Assembly: GCA_027623675.1 (NCBI GenBank)
Contig: JAQBVF010000020.1
Span: 1-64,000 of the forward strand
Direction of reading: 5' to 3'
Origin: Chloroflexota bacterium
GTDB lineage: Bacteria; Chloroflexota; Dehalococcoidia; Lucifugimonadales; UBA3495
Length of the DNA stretch: 64,000 bases
Part shown: positions 28,191 through 38,665 of the stretch, piece after piece
Numbering within the stretch: position 1 is the stretch's first letter
Layout of the letters: each line of letters opens with the position of its first letter
The notes under the pieces: generated by a model
The model's database searches: none
Told to the model about the DNA's origin: nothing
What the model saw: only the letters and a program-made list of their open reading frames with translations
Translations under genes and position numbers: made by a program

Positions 28191-29069
28191 TTACCCGATG
28201 CGGACGTACTTGTCCACGCTCTTCCCGGCGCCCAGGGACAGGTACAGGTCGCCGTGGGCATCGACCCAAGAACCGTGGGCCGAGATGCACTCGAACCGCT
28301 CCAGCACCTTGCCGTCGCCGTCCAGCACGCTCATCTGGGCCGGGTGGGTGTCGTCGGGCCGCTCGCTGGTGTAGAAGATGCCCTCGCTGTCTTGAGAGAT
28401 GTCCAGGGGACGCTGCATGTCGGTCCACATGGTCACATACTCACCGTCGGGAGAGAACACCTGCACCCGGCTGTTCTCACGGTCGCAGAGATATATCTGC
28501 CCGTCCTGGCCCACGATCAGGCTGTGGGGCAGGTGGAACTGGTTGGGGCCGCCCTTGCCCGGCTCGCCCCAGGATGAGATCAGGTCGCCGGCCGCCGAGA
28601 ACCGGTGGACTCGGGCGTTGCGGTAGCCGTCGGATATATAAAGGTCGCCGTTGGGGGCGGGGACCATCTCGGTCACGTAGTTGAACGGGCCTGCCGACCT
28701 GGGGCAAACATCGCCGGCCTTCTCGCAGCCGGTGTCCGAGTACTCGCCCTTGGTGCCGATGGACAGCATGGGTTTGCCGTCCAGGGTGGTCTTCATGGCG
28801 ATGGAGCCTTCGCGGTCGGTGAGGTAGGCGATATCGTCCTGGATGAAGATGCCATGGGGGTCGTCGAACATCCCGTCACCCCAAGAACTCAGGAAGTTGC
28901 CCTCCCGGTCAAAGACCAACACCGGTGGGTTGGTGCGCTGGAAGACGTAGACCCGGTCCTGGGAGTCGGTGGCCACTGCGCTTGCGGTGCCCATCGCCTG
29001 GCCCGCGGGCATCTTTGCCCAGTTGGGGATGTATTCATAGGTGTATTTGCCGCTTCCTACCTTGGCCAT
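28191..29069 (-). CDS. NHL-repeat beta-propeller protein (PAL-like)
   Basis: Repeats PHGIF, YISDGYRNARVHRF, QFHLPH and DRENSRVQVF. Confidence 0.85.
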   Translation of the reverse strand: MAKVGSGKYTYEYIPNWAKMPAGQAMGTASAVATDSQDRVYVFQRTNPPVLVFDREGNFLSSWGDGMFDDPHGIFIQDDIAYLTDREGSIAMKTTLDGKPMLSIGTKGEYSDTGCEKAGDVCPRSAGPFNYVTEMVPAPNGDLYISDGYRNARVHRFSAAGDLISSWGEPGKGGPNQFHLPHSLIVGQDGQIYLCDRENSRVQVFSPDGEYVTMWTDMQRPLDISQDSEGIFYTSERPDDTHPAQMSVLDGDGKVLERFECISAHGSWVDAHGDLYLSLGAGKSVDKYVRIG

Positions 29070-29260
29070 GGTGGGTTCCCTCCTGCCAACGAAAATGAAA
29101 TTTCTGTACCGCGGCTCCGGGCGGGCATGGGCGCACGCCTGGCAACCGTCACAATACTACCACAGGCAGGGCTGGCCCCAATACCGGGCGCTTGAATTTG
29201 TGCTGTCCGGCCACATAATCTAAACTGGCCGGAGGACTTGGCCAGTTGTTGGAGGTTTCC

Positions 29261-30112
29261 ATGCCCGGACTAGAAGGAAAAATAGCTTTGATCACCGGCG
29301 CCGGCGGCATGCGCGGCGTGGGCCGGGCCACGGTTATGAAACTGGCCGGGCAGGGGGCGGATATCGCCCTTTCCGACGTGCATCGGGAGGTATCTGACCT
29401 GCCGCCCGCTGAGGTCAGGAACGAATGGGGCGGCATCGACACCGTGTCCCAAGAGGTCCAAGCCCTGGGCCGGAGCGCTCTGCCGATCTACTGCGACCTT
29501 TCCGACCCCGACCAGATCGAGCGGATGGTGGAACAGACCATCGCCAAGTTCGGCCGGATCGACATCCTGGTCAACAACGCCCGGGCCATCATCGGCAAGG
29601 ACAAGGTGCCGGTAACCGAGCTGGACAAAGAGGTCTGGGACCACTTTCTGTCCATCAACACCACCGCCGTGTTTCTGGCCACCAAGTTCGTGGCCCGGCA
29701 CATGATCGACGCGGGCAACGGCGGCCGCATCATCAACATCGCTTCCAATGCCGGCAAGCAGGCCAGCGCCAATGGGGCCGCCTACTCGGCATCAAAGTTC
29801 GCCGTCATCGGGTTGACCCAAGCCACGGCCATGGACCTGGCGCCCTATAACATCACCGCCAACTCGGTCTGCCCCGGCCCGATCAACACCGACCGCATGA
29901 GTTACTGGGAGCGGGACCAGGCTGCTGAAAGGGGCATCACACAGGAGGAATTCCGCAGTCAGATCGTGGAGAATTCCGGCCAAAACACCCCGCTTGGCCG
30001 CATCGCCGAAGCTCAAGACGTGGCCAACATGGTGGCCTTCCTGGCGGGCGAGGACGCCTCGTTCATCACCGGCCAGGCCTACAACGTGAACGGCGGCCAA
30101 CTCTTCCATTAG
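29261..30112 (+). CDS. Short-chain dehydrogenase/reductase (SDR)
   Basis: TGAGGMRGVG, NNA and YSASK. Confidence 0.92.
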   Translation: MPGLEGKIALITGAGGMRGVGRATVMKLAGQGADIALSDVHREVSDLPPAEVRNEWGGIDTVSQEVQALGRSALPIYCDLSDPDQIERMVEQTIAKFGRIDILVNNARAIIGKDKVPVTELDKEVWDHFLSINTTAVFLATKFVARHMIDAGNGGRIINIASNAGKQASANGAAYSASKFAVIGLTQATAMDLAPYNITANSVCPGPINTDRMSYWERDQAAERGITQEEFRSQIVENSGQNTPLGRIAEAQDVANMVAFLAGEDASFITGQAYNVNGGQLFH

Positions 30113-30335
30113 GCCGGGTCATTATTACTAACCGCGACTCCGAATCGATCGTTTCCAGCGCCAAGGCCTGCTGGGTCGAGGCCGCCGATGCCCGCAAGAG
30201 AGGCTCGGCCTGCATCGGCGCGGGTAAACCGTCAGCCTGATTCGATACAAGCGGTTGCTGAAACGCGACCAAAATTAAACTAATGGGATACCGGACCGTA
30301 ACGGCCGCGGGACCCAAGAATACACTTAGGAGACT

Positions 30336-31094
30336 ATGACACCAGAAAACAATAACGATCTTTTCATCGAGGAATACACCGCCGAGTTCGTCGGCCGCTG
30401 GGACGAGCTGATCGATTGGGACCGGCGCCGCCAGGCTGAGGGTGGGTTCTTCGAGCGGATACTCAAGGAGAACGGCGCGACGTCGGTACTGGACATCGCC
30501 TGCGGCACGGGCTATCACACGATTACGCTGCAACTGAACGGCTTCGATGTCACCGGCTCTGACGGCTCCGCCAACATGGTCGCCAAGGCCAAGGAGAACG
30601 CCGAAATCTCCGGATTGCCGGGCCTACGCCTGCTCGAAGCTGAATGGACCTCCCTTTCGGCCACGTTCCCCGGCGAGAAGTTCGACGCCGTCGTCTGCCT
30701 GGGCAACGCCTTCACGCACCTGTTCGACGACGACCAACGGCGGCTAGCTCTGAGCGAGATTCATGGCCTGCTGAACGAAGGTGGCGTGGCGGTGATCGAC
30801 CACCGCAACTACGACACCATGCTGGACAAGGGCTTCTCCAGCAAGCACCAGTCCTACTACCTGGGCGAGACGGTGGACGTTAAGCCCGAGTCGGTCAGCG
30901 AGGAATTGGTCCGAATCCAATACTCCTACTCCGACGGGTCGGTGCACCACCTCACGTTGTGCCCCATCCGGCAGGAATACTTCAGCGGTCTGCTCCGCGA
31001 GACCGGTTTCCGCGACGTGGTCCGGTACGGAGATTTTCAGGCTGATTACGGCTTGTACGAACCCGACTTCATCATACAGGTGGCGAAGAAGTAA
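30336..31094 (+). CDS. Glycine/sarcosine N-methyltransferase-like class I SAM methyltransferase
   Basis: EYTAEFVGRWDELIDW, VLDIACGTG, CLGNAFTHLF, DHRNYD and GFSSKHQSYY. Confidence 0.8.
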   Translation: MTPENNNDLFIEEYTAEFVGRWDELIDWDRRRQAEGGFFERILKENGATSVLDIACGTGYHTITLQLNGFDVTGSDGSANMVAKAKENAEISGLPGLRLLEAEWTSLSATFPGEKFDAVVCLGNAFTHLFDDDQRRLALSEIHGLLNEGGVAVIDHRNYDTMLDKGFSSKHQSYYLGETVDVKPESVSEELVRIQYSYSDGSVHHLTLCPIRQEYFSGLLRETGFRDVVRYGDFQADYGLYEPDFIIQVAKK

Positions 31095-31290
31095 CCGACG
31101 AAGCCAGAGTCACCTTCCGCACCATTAAAGTGGGAACCATCGCTCCCACGGACGGCGCCAGCATCGGCCCAGATGCCCGGGGACCAGGTCCGGCGCCGCC
31201 GACGGCTAGAACGGCCGGTTGAAACGAAACCACCGGCCCTGGTTGTTACCGGGCCGGTGGTTCTGATGCCGATCATATTTGGCGCCGAGA

Positions 31291-32331
31291 CTACCGGTTC
31301 AACAGTTTCTTGACCGTTGTGATGACTCGCGTCTCGTTGGGCATGTACTCGTTCTCCATGGCCCGGCTGTAGGGCACCGGAGTGTGGGGCGCGGTCACCC
31401 GGGAAGGGGGTGCGTCCAGGTAATCGAACACTTCTTCCGCCACCCGCGAGCAGATCTCGGAGGCCATGCTGCAAACCGGGGTGTCCTCGTCCACGACGAC
31501 CAACCGGTGGGTCCGTTGGACCGACGAGTTGATGTGATCGTAATCGATGGGGGAGACGCTTAGCAGGTCAATCACTTCGCAGCTGATCCCCTCTTTGGCC
31601 AATTCCTCGGCGGCGGCGGTGGCGACCCAGGTCATCTTGGAGATGCCAACCAGGGTGACATCGCTTCCTTCCCTCACGGTCCGGGCTTTGCCGAGAGGCA
31701 GCACGTATGGTTCCTCAGGCACTGGGCCGGAGATCCCGTACAGGCCCTTGTGCTCAAAGAAGACCACGGGGTCGTCATCGCGGATGCTTGCGGCCAGCAG
31801 GCCCTTGGCGGTGTAGGCGTCGGACGGCGCCACGCCCTTTAGGCCGGGGATGTGGCTGAAGATGGAGTAGTAGGACTCGGAGTGCTGGGCCGCAGCCCCG
31901 AACCCGGCGCCGATGCGGGTCATCATGGTGAACGGCACCTTGACCTGGCCGCCGAACATGTAGCGCATCTTGGCGGCGTTGTTGACCAACTGGTCCATGC
32001 ACACACCGATAAAGTCGATGAACATCAACTCGGCCACGGCCCGCAGTCCCGTGGACGATGCGCCGATCGCCGCTCCAATGAACGCGGCTTCTGACAAAGG
32101 CGTGTCCAACACCCGTTCTTTGCCGAATTGCTGTATCAGGCCCACGGTTGTCCGGAATGGTCCGCCCCAAGCGTCTTCTACGCCTTGGTCCTGACGGCCC
32201 GCGCCACCGGCGATTTCCTCGCCCATGATGATCACGTTCTCGTCGCGTTCCATCTCCTGGCGAAGGCATTCGTTGATGGCCTCACGGAACTGGATCTCCC
32301 TAGTCCCGGTTGTCTGCATCGTCGTGGTCAT
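31291..32331 (-). CDS. 2-oxoacid/acetoin dehydrogenase E1 beta subunit
   Basis: DTPLSEAAF, AAQHS and DDDPVVFFEHK. Confidence 0.9.
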   Translation of the reverse strand: MTTTMQTTGTREIQFREAINECLRQEMERDENVIIMGEEIAGGAGRQDQGVEDAWGGPFRTTVGLIQQFGKERVLDTPLSEAAFIGAAIGASSTGLRAVAELMFIDFIGVCMDQLVNNAAKMRYMFGGQVKVPFTMMTRIGAGFGAAAQHSESYYSIFSHIPGLKGVAPSDAYTAKGLLAASIRDDDPVVFFEHKGLYGISGPVPEEPYVLPLGKARTVREGSDVTLVGISKMTWVATAAAEELAKEGISCEVIDLLSVSPIDYDHINSSVQRTHRLVVVDEDTPVCSMASEICSRVAEEVFDYLDAPPSRVTAPHTPVPYSRAMENEYMPNETRVITTVKKLLNR

Positions 32332-32410
32332 CTTTGTCTCCTTGGCCGCCCGGGTCCGGGTATCTCCGAAGCTGGGCGTTGGTTGGTTGAGATGCTGGTG
32401 GCGCTGAGGG

Positions 32411-33418
32411 CTAGACCGCCATGTTTACGCCGCGTTTCATCATTTCCTTGGGGTAATCAACATACACGTCGTCATACAGTTCCACCGGCTGAGGCAGAGG
32501 GCTTGCGTCGGCGAACTTCACCGCCTCTTCCATGAGGGCTTCGGCGTCCGCGTCCATCTGGTCCAGTTCTTCGGCCGTGATGTCGCCTTGGGGGATGATC
32601 GTGTTTCGGAAGTGCATCAAGGGGTCACGAGCGCGCCAGTGGTCCTCCTCTTCCTTGGAGCGGTAGGTTAGAGGATTGTCGAACACCGTGTGGCCGTAGT
32701 ACCGGTAGGTGGCGCACTCGATCAAGCTCGGGCCGTCGCCTGCCCTGCTCCTGGCCACCGCTTGGGCCGTCGCGTCGTACACGGCGAAGACGTCCATGCC
32801 GTCCACGTGTATCCCGGGCATGTCGTATCCCGCTGCCCGGTCGGCCACGTGGGTGGTGGACACACCGTACTCGCTGGGAGTCGACATGGCGTAGCCGTTG
32901 TTCTCGCAGAGAAAGATTACCGGCAGCTTCCAGATCGAGGCCAAGTTCATGGACTCGTGAAGCACGCCCTGGCTGGATGCCCCGTCGCCGAAAAAGGCCA
33001 CTGCCACCCGGTTAAGCTTCTTTACCTTGGAGGTCAAGGCCGCGCCCAGGGCCAAAGGTATGCTGGCTCCCACGACGCCGTTGGTGCCCAACATGCCCTT
33101 GCTCATGTCTGAGATGTGCATGGACCCGCCCTTGCCCTTGTTGGGGCCGGTGGAGCGGCCGAAGAGCTCGGCCATCATCAGCTTGGGGTCGACGCCCTTG
33201 GCGATGCAGTGGCCATGGCCACGGTGGGTGCTGCCGATATAGTCTTCGTTGGTGAGGTTGGCGCAGACTCCGGTGGCCACCGCCTCTTGCCCCGCGGAGG
33301 AATGGACCGAGGCCGACATGCCCCGCTGTCCCGTTTCCGGGATGCCCCGTTCCTCAAAATGGCGGATGGTCGTCATGGTTTTATAGAGATTGAGCAGACC
33401 AGCGCGGTCAAGATCCAT
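32411..33418 (-). CDS. 2-oxoacid/acetoin dehydrogenase E1 alpha subunit
   Basis: STHRGHGH, GKGGSMH, the TPP motif GDGA...ENN and TYRYYGH. Confidence 0.9.
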   Translation of the reverse strand: MDLDRAGLLNLYKTMTTIRHFEERGIPETGQRGMSASVHSSAGQEAVATGVCANLTNEDYIGSTHRGHGHCIAKGVDPKLMMAELFGRSTGPNKGKGGSMHISDMSKGMLGTNGVVGASIPLALGAALTSKVKKLNRVAVAFFGDGASSQGVLHESMNLASIWKLPVIFLCENNGYAMSTPSEYGVSTTHVADRAAGYDMPGIHVDGMDVFAVYDATAQAVARSRAGDGPSLIECATYRYYGHTVFDNPLTYRSKEEEDHWRARDPLMHFRNTIIPQGDITAEELDQMDADAEALMEEAVKFADASPLPQPVELYDDVYVDYPKEMMKRGVNMAV

Positions 33419-33550
33419 GGTTCCTCCTATGCCGTGCCTGGAGATGCCTGGCAATCCGTGAGCGCCAAGTGGATTAGGCACAATACTAGCATGCCGCCGA
33501 TGGTTGTCAATACGAACCAGGCATGGAGCAGATGGAGGCGATGGAAGGGG

Positions 33551-34402
33551 TTATCCGGCGGCCCCAGTCACCGAAACTGCGTCGCCCTCGCCAGCTTCCA
33601 GCAGCAGCGCCGCGTTGCCGTTGGGCAGGGCAATCTCCAGGTATCCGTGACTGCCCACCAGCGCTATCAGGCGTTCAGATCCGTGTCCCTTATCGCCCCG
33701 GGAAACTTCGTTAAAGGTGCCGCTGAGCCCGTTAATCGTCCGGCTTCTGATCCGCACCTCCACTTGTGCGCCTCTGGAGAAGTGTTCTGCTGGGATGTTG
33801 GTGATCAGGTTCCCGTAGGTGTCCCTGAAGATGATCTCGCCTATGATCCGGCCGCCCTCCTTCGCCGGATATGGCATGGGCAGGAAGAAGAGACTGTCGA
33901 TAACGTCGCCCAGGTCTTCAGGCGCAACGCCCAGGGAGAGGTGGGACGCTACCGGAGTGAACACGTCCCGGCCGTGGAAGGTCTGGCTAACCGGATGACG
34001 CCAGTACCTGGTGTCGGTGAGATGCACCGCGGTCAGCTCGGGTGGCAGTTTCACGAAGTTGGAAACCACTGGTGTGGAAGGCAGGTAGGCGGCCATCACC
34101 CCGCTGAGCAGGCCATTGTCGGGAGCCACGTAACGGCCCCACGGCGTGGACAGCATCACTGGACGGCGTGGGGTGCCGACCCCGGGGTCGACGACCGCGA
34201 CGTGGATGGCGTCTTGGGGGAAAAACCGGTTATTGACACCCAGAACGAAGGAGCCATGGAGGATGTTCTGAGGCATGATCTGGTGGGTCAGGTCGATCAT
34301 GCGAAGGTCCGGGTTGATGGCGAGCGCCACGCCCTTCATAACTCCGGCGTAGGCGTCGGATAAACCGAAGTCTGTGGTGAAGACCAGCAGTGGCGATGTC
34401 AT
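33551..34402 (-). CDS. SAM hydroxide adenosyltransferase (DUF62, chlorinase/fluorinase superfamily)
   Basis: TTDFG, VVDPGVGTPRR, APDNG and TFHGRDVF. Confidence 0.85.
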   Translation of the reverse strand: MTSPLLVFTTDFGLSDAYAGVMKGVALAINPDLRMIDLTHQIMPQNILHGSFVLGVNNRFFPQDAIHVAVVDPGVGTPRRPVMLSTPWGRYVAPDNGLLSGVMAAYLPSTPVVSNFVKLPPELTAVHLTDTRYWRHPVSQTFHGRDVFTPVASHLSLGVAPEDLGDVIDSLFFLPMPYPAKEGGRIIGEIIFRDTYGNLITNIPAEHFSRGAQVEVRIRSRTINGLSGTFNEVSRGDKGHGSERLIALVGSHGYLEIALPNGNAALLLEAGEGDAVSVTGAAG

Positions 34403-34431
34403 GCCGGGATTCGGCGAGGGGCCGCTTCGGT

Positions 34432-34647
34432 CTAACCGACGCGGACGCTGATGATTGAGATTACTACGAAGGTCACCGCCAAGCCGACGGTGAACTGGAA
34501 GAGAGTCTTCTCCAGGCCGCGGCGCGTGCGGATGGTTGAAGATGCCGAGCCGAAGAGCCCGCCGCCTCCCTCTTTGACCTGGGCCAGAATCACAACCACC
34601 AGCAATACGGACACCAGTAGTTGGATCACGTTCATGAAATCGCTCAT
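34432..34647 (-). CDS. secG: Preprotein translocase subunit SecG
   Basis: Two TM helices around QVKEGGGGLFG and TRRGLEK. Confidence 0.85.
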   Translation of the reverse strand: MSDFMNVIQLLVSVLLVVVILAQVKEGGGGLFGSASSTIRTRRGLEKTLFQFTVGLAVTFVVISIISVRVG

Positions 34648-34705
34648 GGGCTAACCTCGGCGGACCGCATCCGCCTGCTTAATAGTCCCCACCGGTCCGG
34701 GACTT

Positions 34706-36175
34706 TTATTTCCCCGCGTCTAAGGCCTCGACCACCAGTTCGTTAACCAAGTCGGGCTTGGCCTGGCCTTTGGTGAGCTTCATCACCTGGCCCACCAGAA
34801 ACTTGGCGGCGCTTTCCTTGCCGCTGTTGTAATCGGCCACGGCCTGGGGGTTGGCTTGGATGGCTTGGCCAACCGCCGACTTGACCGCCGACGAATCGCT
34901 TATCTGAGTATAGCCCTTCTCCTGGATTATGTGTGAGGGAGAATCTCCGGAATCGAAGGATTCTTCCAGTACCGTCTTGGCCATGGACACGCTGACAGCG
35001 TCCTGGTCCACCAGGCTGATCAGCTCGGCCAGGTGCTCCGGGGATACCGGGGACTCGTTGATCTCAAGATTCTTTAGATTCAGCAACCTGGTCAGGTCGC
35101 CCAGTATCCAGTTGCTCACGTTCTTGGCGAACCTGCCGCTCTCCGGCCCGCCAGATGACTTAAGGCTGTTGGTCTTCTCATAGAAATCGGCCATGGCCTT
35201 GGAGCCGGTCAGCAGCCGGGCATCGTACTCTGGCAGCCCGTATTGCTGGGTGAACCGGGTCAGCCGCTGGGCGGCTAATTCGGGGATCCGGGAACGGATC
35301 TCCTCGATCCAATCGCCTGCCACGACGAGGGGCGGCAGGTCGGGCTCGGGAAAGTAGCGGTAGTCGTGGGCCTCTTCCTTGCTGCGCTGGGAGTAAGTGA
35401 CGCTGCGTTCCTCGGACCACCCGCGGGTCTCCTGGACCACCCGCTCGCCGGAGTCCAGGATCCTGCGCTGCCGCTCTTGTTCGTGGTTCAGGGCCATGAA
35501 CACCGAGCGCAGGCTGTTCATGTTCTTGATCTCGGCCTTGGTGCCGTACGCTTCCTGGCCCACGGGCCGGAGGCTGATGTTGGCGTCGCAACGGAAGCTG
35601 CCGTCCTGGGCGTTGGCAGTGGAGACGCCCAGGTACTGGATGATTGAGTGCAGACTCGTCAGGTAGGCGCGGGCCTCCTCTGGAGTCCGCATGTCGGGAT
35701 GGCTGACAACCTCCATGAGGGGCACACCAGAGCGGTTCACGTCCACCAGGCTGTGGGCGTCGGCTCCACCGTTCACGTGCTGGAGTTTGGAGACATCCTC
35801 CTCCAGGTGCACTCGCTCCACCCGCACTCTCCGGTCCTGGCCGTCGGCTGTGATATCCAGGTGGCCGTTCATGGCCAGGGGCATGTCGTACTGGGATATC
35901 TGATACCCCTTCATCAGGTCGGGGTAAGGGTAGTTCTTGCGGTCGAACTTGGTCAGGTTCGGAATATCACAGCCCAAGGCCAGTCCGGTCATGATGGTGA
36001 ATTCGACGGCCTTCTTGTTGATCACGGGTAGTGCGCCGGGCAGCCCGAGGCATACCGGACAGACCCTGCTGTTGACCGGCGCGTTCTGATAGTCGGCCCG
36101 GCAAGAGCAGAACATCTTGCTCTGGGTCAGCAGTTGAACGTGGACCTCAAGTCCTATTACTGTTTCGTATTCCAT
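34706..36175 (-). CDS. gatB: Asp/Glu-tRNA amidotransferase subunit B
   Basis: IGLEVHVQL, FDRKNY, DYRYFPEPDL and GQVMK. Confidence 0.97.
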   Translation of the reverse strand: MEYETVIGLEVHVQLLTQSKMFCSCRADYQNAPVNSRVCPVCLGLPGALPVINKKAVEFTIMTGLALGCDIPNLTKFDRKNYPYPDLMKGYQISQYDMPLAMNGHLDITADGQDRRVRVERVHLEEDVSKLQHVNGGADAHSLVDVNRSGVPLMEVVSHPDMRTPEEARAYLTSLHSIIQYLGVSTANAQDGSFRCDANISLRPVGQEAYGTKAEIKNMNSLRSVFMALNHEQERQRRILDSGERVVQETRGWSEERSVTYSQRSKEEAHDYRYFPEPDLPPLVVAGDWIEEIRSRIPELAAQRLTRFTQQYGLPEYDARLLTGSKAMADFYEKTNSLKSSGGPESGRFAKNVSNWILGDLTRLLNLKNLEINESPVSPEHLAELISLVDQDAVSVSMAKTVLEESFDSGDSPSHIIQEKGYTQISDSSAVKSAVGQAIQANPQAVADYNSGKESAAKFLVGQVMKLTKGQAKPDLVNELVVEALDAGK

Positions 36176-36283
36176 GGCTTATCGGGATTATCGGGGGTTC
36201 GTTGGCGTGTCGAAATCAGGCGCGATGTGCGTCTGCGATCCAGTATATCAGGCGCATATTTTGGTAACAACGACGCCCGGCGG

Positions 36284-37177
36284 CTAGGAGCCTAGGCCGT
36301 TGCTCCGGAGCATCTCTTGCGCGGTGGTGCCGATGTCGGCGGGGGTGGGGATGATCCAGGCGCCGGCGTCCTTGAGCGCGGCGATCTTGTACTCGGCGGT
36401 GGCGCTCACCCCGGTGATGATGGCTCCGGCGTGCCCCATACGCTTGCCGGACGGGGCGGAAGCACCCACCACCAGAGCGGCAATAGGCTTGCTGAAGTCA
36501 GATTTGATGAAGGCCGCGGCGTCTTGTTCCATGGTCCCGCCGATCTCGCCGATCATGACCACGGCGTCGGTGCCGGGGTCGGCATCGAAGAGCGCCAGAA
36601 CGTCGGCGAAATTGGTCCCGATGATCGGGTCGCCGCCGATGCCCACGCAGCTTGACTGGCCCAGCCCCAACGTCGTGAGCTGCCCCACGGCTTCGTAGGT
36701 TAGGGTGCCGCTGCGGGAGAGCACACCCACTCGGCCCGGCAGGTGGATGGCGCCGGGCATGATGCCTATCTTGCACTTGGCGCCAGGGTTGATCAGACCG
36801 GGGCAGTTGGGACCGATGAGCCGCGTTGGCCGGTCCCGTACATAACGGTAGACCTTGACCATGTCTTGCACCGGGATGCCCTCGGTGATGCAGGCGATCA
36901 AGGGTATGCCCGCGTCGGCGGACTCGGTGATCGCGTCGGGCGCGAATGGCGGCGGCACGAAGATCAGCGACATATTGGCTTGGGTCTGGGCCACGGCTTC
37001 CTCGACCGAGTCGAACACTGGAACAGTGTCCTCAAACATGGTCCCGCCCCGCCCAGGGGTCACTCCGGCAACCACGTTGGTCCCGTAGGCCATGCAGGCC
37101 CGAGCGTGAAAGCTGCCCTCCCGTCCGGTTATGCCCTGCACCAATACCCGTGTGTTTTCGTCGACCAATACGCCCAT
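36284..37177 (-). CDS. sucD: Succinate-CoA ligase alpha subunit
   Basis: [21 protein letters not shown] and MGHAGA. Confidence 0.96.
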   Translation of the reverse strand: MGVLVDENTRVLVQGITGREGSFHARACMAYGTNVVAGVTPGRGGTMFEDTVPVFDSVEEAVAQTQANMSLIFVPPPFAPDAITESADAGIPLIACITEGIPVQDMVKVYRYVRDRPTRLIGPNCPGLINPGAKCKIGIMPGAIHLPGRVGVLSRSGTLTYEAVGQLTTLGLGQSSCVGIGGDPIIGTNFADVLALFDADPGTDAVVMIGEIGGTMEQDAAAFIKSDFSKPIAALVVGASAPSGKRMGHAGAIITGVSATAEYKIAALKDAGAWIIPTPADIGTTAQEMLRSNGLGS

Positions 37178-37216
37178 CAGGCTCTATCTCCAGCCCCAAC
37201 CCGGCTCGATTCAGGA

Positions 37217-38374
37217 TTAAATATTCAGTTGCTTAATGGCGTCGGCGGCTTCGGTCAGCGTGTCGGCGAATACCACCGGCAGCCCCGAGGCGCCCAAGAT
37301 CTCTTTGCCCTCGGCCACGTTGGTGCCCAGCATCCTAACCACCAACGGGATGGTCGACCCGGTCTCCTTGTAGGCCAGCACGATGCCTTCGCCGGCGATG
37401 TCGCAGCGCAATATTCCGCCGAAGATGTTGACCAGGACCCGCCGGACTTTCGCGTCGGAGAGAATGATCTTCACCGCGCTGGAGACTTTCTCTGGGGTGG
37501 CCCCACCGCCCACGTCCAGGAAGTTGGCGGGGGCCGCGCCGGCCGCGGTGGTCACGTCCAGGGTGGCCATTGCCAGGCCCGCCCCATTGACTAAGCACCC
37601 CACGTCGCCGTCCAGGTTTACATAAGCGATGTCCAGGTCGGCCGCCTGCGCTTCCAACGGGTCTTCCTGATTCACGTCCCGGTACACCATCAGGCCGGGG
37701 TGGCGGAACATGGCGTCGTCGTCCAGGTTGATCTTGGCGTCCAGCGCCACGACCCGGTCGTCGCCGGTGACGATCAGCGGGTTGACCTCAACTAGGGAGC
37801 AGTCGTTCTCGACGAAGACCTGGTGCAGGGCGGTCAACACCTTGGCGGCGCTGCCGGCCACGGTGGGTCCCAGGCCCAACCGGCGCACCAACCGCCTGGT
37901 CTGAAAGGGCATCAGCCCAAGCAATGGGTCCACCGGCTCGGTGTGGATGTCTTCGGGGTTATTGGCGGCGACCTCTTCAATGTCCATGCCGCCTTGAGTG
38001 CTGACCAGAAGGACGGGGCCCCGGTGGCCGCGGTCGATGGTCAATGCAACGTAGAGTTCATTCTTGATGTCGGCCAGTTCTTCGATGAGGAGCTTTTCCA
38101 CCGGCGCTCCCTCGGGTCCCGTCTGCGGCGTGACCAGGGTTGAAGCTAGCATGCTCCGGGCGGCCTCTTCGGCCTCCTCCGGGCTGCGGACCAGCTTCAC
38201 CCCTCCCGATTTGCCCCGGCCGCCGGCGTGGATCTGGGCTTTAACCACTGATCGGCCGCCCAGTTCTTGCGTCGCCGCCTTGGCCTCGGCCGGGGTGGTG
38301 GCGACTATGCCCCGAGGCACCGGAATGCCGTAGCGGGCGAATACTTCTTTAGCTTGAAATTCGTGAATGTTCAT
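37217..38374 (-). CDS. sucC: Succinate-CoA ligase beta subunit
   Basis: MNIHEFQAK, KAQIHAGGRGK, NGAGLAM and NIFGGILRCD. Confidence 0.96.
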   Translation of the reverse strand: MNIHEFQAKEVFARYGIPVPRGIVATTPAEAKAATQELGGRSVVKAQIHAGGRGKSGGVKLVRSPEEAEEAARSMLASTLVTPQTGPEGAPVEKLLIEELADIKNELYVALTIDRGHRGPVLLVSTQGGMDIEEVAANNPEDIHTEPVDPLLGLMPFQTRRLVRRLGLGPTVAGSAAKVLTALHQVFVENDCSLVEVNPLIVTGDDRVVALDAKINLDDDAMFRHPGLMVYRDVNQEDPLEAQAADLDIAYVNLDGDVGCLVNGAGLAMATLDVTTAAGAAPANFLDVGGGATPEKVSSAVKIILSDAKVRRVLVNIFGGILRCDIAGEGIVLAYKETGSTIPLVVRMLGTNVAEGKEILGASGLPVVFADTLTEAADAIKQLNI

Positions 38375-38665
38375 CGTCGTCCTTGGTGGCGCAGACCTTT
38401 AGGTTTTGGGATCCAGGCCGGGAAAACAGGCGGGTAAACCAAGCTGGTAAACCAAACGGTAACGGGCCGTGCGCCAGGCGTTCGTAAAATGTAGGCGATT
38501 TTGCTGCGCCCGTCAACGCGCTTGCGCCCGTGTCCGGTGGACAAACCGGGCGCGCCGTACCATAATCCCGCGCAAATCTCAGCGTGGGTAACTCTGGCGA
38601 ACGGTGGCCGGAGTTTACCGGCAAGAGAGTACCAACCAAAGGATCCAAGATATTTAGGAGGAGCC

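Noticed and set aside
33551..34402. Possible SAM-dependent fluorinase/chlorinase
   Set aside because: It retains the Asp/Arg/His motifs (VVDPGVG..RR, TFHGRD) of DUF62 SAM hydrolases, which true halogenases lack.
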